A DNA stretch of 64,000 bases, taken from Cyanophora paradoxa CCMP329. Lineage: Eukaryota; Plantae; Glaucophyta. Under the pieces are notes generated by a model that saw only the letters and a program-made list of their open reading frames with translations, was not told the DNA's origin and did no database searches. The position numbers were made by a program, and so were the translations under genes. Numbering within the stretch: the stretch's first letter is position 1; each line of letters starts with the position of its first letter. Where the stretch lies: assembly GCA_004431415.1 (NCBI GenBank), contig QPMI01000710.1:1-64000 (forward strand). Reading direction: 5' to 3'. Shown here piece after piece: positions 10,227 to 18,400 of this stretch.

Positions 10227-11247
10227 ATGGCTACCCAAATTGCAGTTCCTGTTTTCTGTTATGCAGCACCTAAATTGCATCAACTGAACCACACAGTTAC
10301 AGATGCTATTCCCGGGTTTATTTGCACAGAAACCACAGGAGCAGATTCGTTTACTCAAAATTCGATTATCAGATGCAAGGAGATTCGATGTGATAGAAAT
10401 GCTGGAAAATAAGAACCACACAATTAATCGTAAGTAACAAGAATCAGGTGTTAACAGGTGGTGTAGTTGCTGATGCAGCTATTTATGATGATGCAGGTGG
10501 GGTGACCACACCACAGATTGTTACTTTTGATGGGACAGAAAATAATGCAGCACTTGTAGTTAAATCAGGTGGAGCATGGATAGGTTCGGAGCTTTTGTGA
10601 ATGGAACACTCTCAGCTGCAAACGTCTCAATTTCAGGCCAAACGACATTTACAGGTGTTGTGAATGCAAATGGTGGTCTTTTTGTTCCTACTTATACAGT
10701 CCCTGTGATGACCACAACCACAAAGATTCAAACACCTGAAATAGATACAGGAGCAAATGTAGATCTCATTCTGAAAGGCAATAGCACAGAAGTCGCACGA
10801 ATTGATGCAGGGGGTCTTACAATCGCAGCAAACTTTTATTTGAAGCAAGAAACCCAACCTCGATTTTGTGTTGGGTTTGGTGTAGCAACAAGAAGTGGAG
10901 TATATGGGCGTCTTACTAATTGGTTGCATGAATTCTTTGATAATACCAACTCATTTGATGTAGTAGAAGGGAAATTCACAGCGCCTATAAGTGGAGATTA
11001 TAGATTCTCTCTTAATTCTTATAGTATTGTTACCTCATCTGTGAGTGTAGATCTGAAAGTAAATGATCAGAATGTTTCAACAGAATTCAATTTCAGGGTA
11101 AACAACTCACAAACAGTAACCAACAAAACAATCATTTTGAGCGCAATACTCAGACTTGGAGCCGGGGATAATGTCTCTATTTATGCTGTTGATACTTCCA
11201 TTTCAGAATTCACAACGTTTAGTGGCGAATTGCTGAGCATAATTTAA
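10227..11247 (+). pseudogene. Fibre paralogue 2: shared N-terminal module plus C1q-like head, split by frameshifts
   Basis: 10227-10412 gives PGFICTE..IIRCKEIRCDRNAGK. Homology to paralogue 1 continues in another frame through 10413-10575. 10576-11247 ends in FDVVEGKFTAPISGDYRFS...LRLGAGDNVSI...FSGELL. Confidence 0.8.
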
Positions 11248-11266
11248 TTTCTACAAGTAGTTTAGA

Positions 11267-11530
11267 ATGTCGAATATATACCAAGTAGTTCTGACTGATA
11301 CCGAAAAGTTGGGAATGGAATATTGCGCTGCTTCTGTTCAGGACTGGATTGATAATGCTGCCCACAACAGGGCAAGAATCGCAATTGATGAGATTGTTCA
11401 GAAAGAGATCCAATCTTGCATTTCATCAGGAGTTCAAATACCTACCTCAAAGGAAGCCATTGTATTACAGGCATTCCAAAGGGGAACTGTAAAGAAAGGC
11501 ATTGAGTATAACAATGTCACAGAAGAGTAG
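11267..11530 (+). CDS. Small fibre-associated protein (87 aa), possible assembly chaperone
   Basis: Clean ORF directly after the C1q gene. The pattern LTDTE..MEY.A.SVQDWIDNA..NRARIA.DEIV recalls, from memory and unsearched, small hypothetical proteins that follow fibre genes in aquatic tailed phages. Confidence 0.6.
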   Translation: MSNIYQVVLTDTEKLGMEYCAASVQDWIDNAAHNRARIAIDEIVQKEIQSCISSGVQIPTSKEAIVLQAFQRGTVKKGIEYNNVTEE

Positions 11531-11568
11531 TGAACATTATTTTTCTTTCCTTCTTAGTAAAAGAAGCA

Positions 11569-12413
11569 ATGGGTGAATATAATCGAGTTCAACTTCCAAT
11601 ATATTCCCTTGGATCCCCTGCTATGCACTTTCGCCAGCATGAAGTTAATGATGAGGTTCGTGGTTTAGAATCCACAGAGAGACCCAATTCCAATGGTAAC
11701 TCTTTTGATAAGAATTCGATTATTCGAGTTAAAGAACTGAGAGCAGACAAGAATTCGGGTGTGGTTAAAACAACTCGACTCCTTGTCTCAAATGCGAACT
11801 TCTTCCAACCCACTAATGGAGGTCCTGATGCTTACAGTGTAGACCTGAAAGCCCTCGATTTTGACAAGAATTCTGCTGCTGTAACTGTGAGATCAGGTGG
11901 AGCATTTATTGGTGGTGGTTGCAGAGTTTCAGGTCAACTCTCCTCATCAATTGCATACAATGATGTCCAGATACTCTTGAACAGAATGTTGAAGACCCAC
12001 AACGAATTCGATTATATATACCAGTTGCACAACAGCCAATTATTCAATTTTACCAAGGTTATACTGTCACACTTGAAAACTCTGAATTGATTGAAGGAAC
12101 CAAAAGAGTAATGAGAGGGCTGGTCATTCCTTCTGCAATGCTTTCTTTATGTAGAGCCAACAATAACCAGCCAGGTCACAGATACAATTTCAGTGTTCAA
12201 GGATATGATCATTTCGGCACAGGGTTCTGTGTTTATAATAACAATTTCACCTATGATCTGTTTGTTACAGATATTGGAAAATATACAATTACAGTTATGG
12301 GTATCAGAACAGATATAGCTGCTGTCTCAGCTCTAAGAGGTGTTACTCCTGATACTCTTTCTCAAACAGGGTTTTACCAGGAACCAGATGTGATTGATAA
12401 CCCAACCCCATAA
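11569..12413 (+). pseudogene. Fibre paralogue 3: shared N-terminal module plus non-C1q head, frameshifted around 11970-12090
   Basis: GLESTE..NSFDKNSIIRVKELRADKNSGVVKTT..VRSGGAFIG. The C-terminal part YDHFGTG...GKYTITVMGIRTD parallels paralogue 4. Confidence 0.75.
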
Positions 12414-12436
12414 ATTATATATTACTTTAATGTAAA

Positions 12437-13264
12437 ATGGCTGCCCCAGTAGAGCGAATTATTACACCCCAACTCTCATTAGCAGCACCTGCAAATCACG
12501 TTTTGCAGCATGCTACTTTTGATGATGTAGAAGGTCTCCAATCCACAGAAGTACAACCTACAATGAATACCTTTGGTTCCACCCATAAACTGAGATTGCA
12601 GGAACTCAGATGTGATAAAAATAATGGTATAGTTAAGACAACGAAACTCCTTGTGACAAATGCGAACTTTTCTGCCCATTATGGAGACCCAGACAGTTAT
12701 GGTGATCCTCTTTCTACTTATTCTTTTGAATCTCGGTCGGGAGCTATTAACTGCAAAACGGGGGGAGCATATATTGGTGATGGTCTTCGGATTGGTGGAG
12801 CTGTTGGTGCGCCTCTTTTCGTAAATGATCAACCCAATCCCATTGATCCCAACACCAGAATTCGCACCTATGTCCCCAGTATGAATGCACCATACATTAT
12901 AAAGATCTTCCCAATTGTTGTGAATGAGCAGACATCAGTAGTTGATTCTCTTGTTGAGATTGGCGACCACTACAAGGTGGTTGTCGATATCCCACCAGAT
13001 GTTTATGCTGTTTGTCAAGTAGAGGGTGGAACCCCAAATATTGCAGTTGTGATCACTCCATATGATAATTTCGGAATTGCTTATCATGGAGTAAATTTCG
13101 GTCTTGAAGATTACCAGTTCTTGGTGAGAGCCACCAGATTTGGTATCTACAAATGCATTCTCTATGCTGAGAGAACCGATGCTATTGCAAGACAGAATAC
13201 ATATGCAGAATATTACGGCACAAATCGATACTTCCCCATTTTCGGGCAGGATACTGCTCCATAG
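12437..13264 (+). CDS. Fibre paralogue 4: shared N-terminal module plus non-C1q head, intact
   Basis: GLQSTE..NTF...LRLQELRCDKNNGIVKTT..KTGGAYIG. C-terminal TPYDNFGIAY...GIYKCILYAERTD. Confidence 0.8.
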   Translation: MAAPVERIITPQLSLAAPANHVLQHATFDDVEGLQSTEVQPTMNTFGSTHKLRLQELRCDKNNGIVKTTKLLVTNANFSAHYGDPDSYGDPLSTYSFESRSGAINCKTGGAYIGDGLRIGGAVGAPLFVNDQPNPIDPNTRIRTYVPSMNAPYIIKIFPIVVNEQTSVVDSLVEIGDHYKVVVDIPPDVYAVCQVEGGTPNIAVVITPYDNFGIAYHGVNFGLEDYQFLVRATRFGIYKCILYAERTDAIARQNTYAEYYGTNRYFPIFGQDTAP

Positions 13265-13291
13265 AAATCTCAGGTATATATAGAGAGAGGG

Positions 13292-13564
13292 ATGGATGAT
13301 AAAACAAAGAAATTCATAGAATCTGCAATGATGGTTCATGGTGATGCTAAATTCGATTACAGTGAGACAGTCTATAAGAAAGCACAAGAGAAGGTCTCTG
13401 TTAGATGCCTTAAATGCAACAAGATCCTGCAAACCTACCCATTTAATCATGTAAGGGGAAGTGGATGCAGAGAGTGCAACAAGAAATCCTCTCATGCATA
13501 TAGAAAAAAGACTACATCAGGAATTGTGATAGATGATAAACCAGTAGTTTTATATTTCGATTAG
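13292..13564 (+). CDS. Zinc-ribbon protein (DUF723-like module)
   Basis: FIESAMMVHG..FDYSETVY......V.VRCLKC.........H..GSGCREC pattern. Confidence 0.7.
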   Translation: MDDKTKKFIESAMMVHGDAKFDYSETVYKKAQEKVSVRCLKCNKILQTYPFNHVRGSGCRECNKKSSHAYRKKTTSGIVIDDKPVVLYFD

Positions 13565-13710
13565 ATCTTTGAGAGAGAAATGAGAATCTTTCCCCATTTT
13601 CCCTTGGTGATTATGCATGTATCAAAGCAGTTGGGACAGGTCTTGTGGTAGTGCAACAGAATGATATCCACCAACTCATAAGGTAGCACTCTTGCTAAGA
13701 TGATTCGCAT
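13561..13710 (-). CDS. 49-aa ORF with an F-box-like start (LPYELVDII) and CPNC
   Basis: MRIILARVLPYELVDIILLHYHKTCPNCFDTCIITKGKWGKILISLSKI fills the intergenic gap. Confidence 0.35.
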   Translation of the reverse strand: MRIILARVLPYELVDIILLHYHKTCPNCFDTCIITKGKWGKILISLSKI

Positions 13711-13750
13711 TCTACCAATCGCGTTTTTAATTTTTCTAAATTATTCATAA

Positions 13751-14152
13751 ATGAATACTCATCGAGGCTTCCATGTGATGCTGGATTACAAATTCAGAAC
13801 CCAATTAGCAGTAGGAGTGGAAAACTTGGAGACAACAACCAGGTGGTTAATGCAGTTCTTACAAACTATTATTCAAGAGCAAGGTATTCGAGTAGTTCAC
13901 AAGCATTGCGAGATTTTCGATGGTGGTATTTCTCCTCCTGGTTTTGCAATGGTTCTTCTGCTGGATGAGAGCCATTGCACTGCTCACTGTTACTCAAATG
14001 AAGGTATGTTGGCGATTGATATATTCAGTTGTGGATTAGAAGCAGAGCGAAAAACCACGAGAGTATCTCATGAGATAGATGAGAGAATAACAGGTGTGTT
14101 TTCAGGGTTGGAGAAATCGGAGAAACATAGAGTATTGCGATTTCCGAGTTAG
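13751..14152 (+). CDS. speD: Bacterial-type pyruvoyl-dependent S-adenosylmethionine decarboxylase proenzyme family
   Basis: GFHVMLD...F..G....GFAMVLLLDESHCTAHCY.NEG..AIDIFSCG, including the ES self-cleavage site; 133 aa. Confidence 0.88.
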   Translation: MNTHRGFHVMLDYKFRTQLAVGVENLETTTRWLMQFLQTIIQEQGIRVVHKHCEIFDGGISPPGFAMVLLLDESHCTAHCYSNEGMLAIDIFSCGLEAERKTTRVSHEIDERITGVFSGLEKSEKHRVLRFPS

Positions 14153-14210
14153 TTGACACTGAGAAATTCAGAATTTCAGATGGTCTTACTGAAAATGGTC
14201 AGATAATCGG

Positions 14211-14648
14211 GTGTGACACCTATTTAATTGACTGTGACGCCTCTTTAATTGACTGTGACGCCTGTGACGCCTGTGACGCCTACTTTCAAACTTTTTAAAA
14301 TTTTCAAAAATGACAGACTTCTGAAAACAGCCGTCACAGCCGTCACAGGCGTCACACCCAATTAAAAATGGAATCTCTTTCTCTTACTGAGATTTTCGAG
14401 AATATATTCTTGTCTTACTGAAATCCGTCTTGTGACACCTCTGACACCTACAAAACACTATCCATTAATCAACCTTTTTGAAAATGCGAAGTTGTCTTAC
14501 TGGATATCGTCTGCAATTTCGCTGTGACACCTAATTTAATTGAGTGTGACGCCTGTGACGCCTGTGACACCTACTTTCAAACTTTTTAAAATTTTCAAAA
14601 TGACAGACTTCTGAAAACAGGCGTCACAGCCGTCACAGGCGTCACAGA
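14211..14648. repeat. Duplicated module of about 130-145 bp: opposed 9-bp iterons flanking an AT-rich core
   Basis: (TGTGACGCC)x3 - TACTTTCAAACTTTTTAAAATTTTCAAAA...CTGAAAAC - (G[G/C]CGTCACA)x3, at about 14211-14356 and 14523-14647. TCTTACTG occurs six times in 14185-14700. Confidence 0.9.
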
Positions 14649-14759
14649 CATTCCACCCCTCTTACTGACTTTCTCAAAAACAAAACTATCTCTTACTGAA
14701 TATCATTTGAATACTACCTGTCACACTTGAATTCATTTATTCTGTTTTATAGAACATAT

Positions 14760-15015
14760 GCAATCTAATCGATTGTTCAATTGGAGACCATGCAACTCTG
14801 TGACACTTTTTCGATCTAAAATATGCATCCGCAATCTCATCGATTGTTTAATTGGACATAATGCAGTTCCGATATATTCCAATAGAAAATCCCGCAATCT
14901 AATCGATTGTTTAATTGGAGATAATGCAACTCTGTGACACTTTTTCGGTGCAAAAATGTACATCAGCAATCTCATCGATTGTTCAATTGGACACAATGCA
15001 ACTCTGGGACATTTT
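14760..15015. repeat. Subterminal tandem repeat, 4 units of 63-72 bp
   Basis: GCAATCTMATCGATTGTTYAATTGGA....ATGCA at 14760, 14831, 14894 and 14966. Confidence 0.9.
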
Positions 15016-15328
15016 TTGCGTTTTTCGATACAGAATGGGCGGTGGTCTACTTCAATACCAGAGAGATATATCGAGTTTATGCGAATTTATGCAATTTAAT
15101 CGCGATTATATCGATCTTTAAGTAGTTTAATGCAAATTAATCGCAGTTTTATATGTAATCGACAAAGAACATAATCAATCGATATAAGATCAATTGATTC
15201 AATCGTAAATATGCATAAAGTTAAACGCGTTTTTCATTTTTAATACAAAGTTTGCATTAATTTATACAAAGTTTGCATAAAAAGTTAAAGAATTTAATCG
15301 ATAAATACGTATTTTAGTATTAATTTTG

Positions 15329-15413
15329 ACACATATGTATAAACTTATTTAAATCCAGGAGCGGAGCGCGAAGCGCGAAGCGGAGGGATTTAAATAAGTT
15401 TATACATATGTGT
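15329..15413. repeat. Terminal hairpin: 28-bp perfect stem with a 29-nt purine-rich loop
   Basis: ACACATATGTATAAACTTATTTAAATCC (15329-15356) pairs with 15386-15413. The loop is AGGAGCGGAGCGCGAAGCGCGAAGCGGAG. Confidence 0.95.
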
Positions 15414-18400
15414 GGATGAGACGGAGGAGATGAAAGCGGTCGAAAGCGTGCTTAATGACTTGCCGGAGGAAGCATCAACGAACCAGATTCTTCTCAAGGT
15501 GCTCCTTTTAATCACTCTCATCTGTGAGCATCGCTCTACGACTTTGACAATATTAATTGGTCATTCGCTTCAGATGCGTAATGCTATGTTGAATTGCCGG
15601 ACAATGTCTAAACAAGAAGCTGCATTGTACTGCCTAGGTGCGCCTCTTGCTCTTCGTGAGAGAATGAGCTTTGCAATTGCCAACTGCAGCCGCTTGATAG
15701 GTCTTCCACTGTTCTTTTCATCCCGTTCTTCATGCTCGGTAGCTGCATACCTTCCTGGAAAACGAGTGAGGCGGCTGAGGGACAAGCGGGAGCTCGAATT
15801 CCGCATGGATCGCAATCCAGAAGATCAAGACACGTGGGCTGACGATCAAGTGGATTATTACATGGCGCGCACTCGAGATCCAGCAGGTGAGGTTTTTAAT
15901 CACATTATAACTCTTCCAGCTGTACACGCTGAGCTTTGGTTCACAATTGCAACCAGGAGCAAGATCAGTCTTCGAGAACTTGACCTTCATGCAATACATG
16001 AATTGGTTCAATCTTCACTTCGGGGGCAATGGTCCTATCGGCGCTGGACCAGATTCAAACCTTGCTTCCGAGAACATTGATGCCGAGGCTCTTGAAGAAG
16101 GAGGAGACCTCGATTGCTGGGAACCAAATCCTCTGTGGTTCGATGTGGAGCATCGGAAGCAGCAACCACAATCAACCGCGCCACTGCGCCCCAAGGTTCC
16201 TGGCTCCGGGTAAATATGATTTGATATTATGTCTATACGTATCAGCCCTGAATAGGTTTAATCAATCGTATGCGCTACACAGTGTATGCCCACGGACAAA
16301 ATTGATGCCTCCTTTTCGGATTCATGAACTCCAGCAGCGTCGACGCCCTCGGACAGTCCGAGTGCGAGTGCCCAAGGACAGTGATCCTGACAGTTTGTAC
16401 AGTCTCCTGTTTATGCACGTCCCCTTTCGAAACGAACTCCATGACTTACTGGGCGTTGAACGCGAGGAGGACGTCACTCCCCAGATTATTGCAGCTGCAG
16501 TCGTCCGTCACCGTGCCACCATTGACTACAACATCCAGTTCACCCATTGCCATATGGCAGCTCGTCTTGGACGATCCCTTGAAAAATTTGACAAGGATTC
16601 CCGTCTCGCTGCTGCAGCTGGCAAGGATCTCCACCCGGATCCGGACGCACAGTCAATTACGTCAACTGGCACAGAGTCATCTGCAGCTCCACTCTGTCCC
16701 CCTGCTTCTGATGCATGTGTCATGACTACTGCAGACCTTGAAGCTCCCGAACCCAACAATCAAGTGCATGCGAGTGCTTCGATGGCAGTCGACTGCAATC
16801 CGTGCAACGATTTTGATACGGGAATTGTCACCGGTACCTGCAGCATCGCTGATGCTCCCTGCTCAAGCATAAGCATGCCTCCAGCTGCAGTAGCTCCAAC
16901 ACCCGGTGTGAACCTGCAAGACATTGATTCTATGTCACTGGATGTGCTGGAAAGGATGCTCAAGCCCAAACAGCGGGAGATGATGGTGGCTGTTCGTCAA
17001 ATGACCAGTCGCCTTGAATCACATTATGCAACACAGTCAGCGTAAGTCCCGTTTACATATGTGCATGCGCATTCAAGTTTCCTCAGACATAAACATTTTC
17101 TCTAGGCACAATGCGGCAGTGGCTGCCAACTCGGGGATGCCTGTTTGTCGGCAGGTCCAACCCCCTCCTGTCACTTCCAAGCTCCCAATCCACGTGGCAT
17201 GTGTTGGACCTGGCGGGACAGGTAAATCGCTATTGATCAAGACCATTGTGAAGTACATGCTTCAATGGAGTCGCGATCATGCCAACATGCAACAACCGTG
17301 TGGAAGTGGCGGCGTGCTGCTCATGTCGTGGACAGGCGTTGCTTCGTTCAATATTGGGGGCGGGACTGTATCGTCTCTTCTGGCGTTTGGAGCGCCTCCC
17401 AAGCCCGGTGAAACAAAGAGCACGTTCTATCCTCTATCCGGACAGCGGGCATGCCAGTTCCAAGCAAAGTATCGCGATGTGGAACTCATCATTATCGACG
17501 AAATCAGTTTCGTAGGTGGCAAGAATTTCTCACGGATCAACCAACGTCTGCAAGAGATCTTTCAGAGTGACGCCCCCTTTGCGGGCAAGTCTGTTATCTG
17601 CTTTGGCGATTTCTTCCAGCTACCTCCCGTGAAGGAGAAGAGAATTTTTAATGTACTTGAGCCACGTATGTGGCGTACTTTCCGATACGAAGATGATTGC
17701 GTGGAGGACAATCATCTGTGGTTGTCCTTCTTTCATCCTATCTTCCTTGATGAAGTAGTTCGACAAGCTGGCGATACAATGTGGAGAGACACTTGTCTTC
17801 GTCTGCGAGCTGGGAAATTCAGTGATGCAGATCAGCGCCTTATCCTTTCAAGGTACAATTCCAGTTCCAAGAGTGAATTCGAAGGGCTCGAAATATTTAC
17901 TACATCCACTCTGCACTCAGGTCGGCCAATCCGAAGGAGAACAAGCACGGCCACGCGCAGCTGGCAGAAGAACTCAAAACCACCGTCTGGCAGAACGCAC
18001 TACGTGTTTTTCCATGCAACAAGGACGTTGCAGCGTACAACCGAGCTCGCCTGCAAGCCACCTCTCGTCGTTATTTGGCCCCTATCATCACGCTCGAGGC
18101 TTTCGACGAGGGAGAATATGACAAGATCTCAAAGACGTGCAAACCTGCCGATCCAGTCGATGTAAGTAATTATATAAATTCCAGCCTTGCTGTTATTAAT
18201 GCGTGCTTATCAATGCCGGTTTTAGAATAAACAGGGCGAATTGTTATCAGCCAAATTCACATTTTGCCTGGGCTCTCGGGTGATCATGGTCCTGAACGAG
18301 GATACTCACGACGGCCTCGTCAATGGAGCTCTGGGCACATTGGTGGGGTGGGAATTTGATGGACCGGTCCCATCAACCACTTCACACATTCGCTTGCTCG

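Larger units (their letters stand above)
1..15413. mobile_element. Endogenous Polinton/Maverick-like (PLV/virophage-type) DNA virus, right-hand portion
   Basis: AT-rich, gene-dense, intronless block with pPolB motifs next to an rve integrase, plus lipase and fibre genes. It ends in repeat arrays and a hairpin, with an abrupt compositional switch at 15413/15414. The left end and capsid genes are not in the window. Confidence 0.85.

Noticed and set aside
10400-12100. Programmed frameshifting or phase variation in the fibre genes
   Set aside because: Similar indels also riddle polB, so sequencing error or decay is the simpler explanation. Read-level data are needed before claiming regulation.
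9160-13264. Diversity-generating retroelement acting on the fibre heads
   Set aside because: No reverse transcriptase and no near-identical TR/VR pair differing at adenines. The paralogues differ throughout.
14760-15015. CRISPR array
   Set aside because: Spacers are related to each other, repeats are degenerate, there are no cas genes and the context is eukaryotic/viral. Treated as a tandem repeat.
1-15413. Bacterial prophage or contaminant contig
   Set aside because: Protein-primed PolB plus rve integrase, no Shine-Dalgarno pattern, no terminase/portal genes, and a clean hairpin junction into an intron-containing eukaryotic element all favour a Polinton-like virus.
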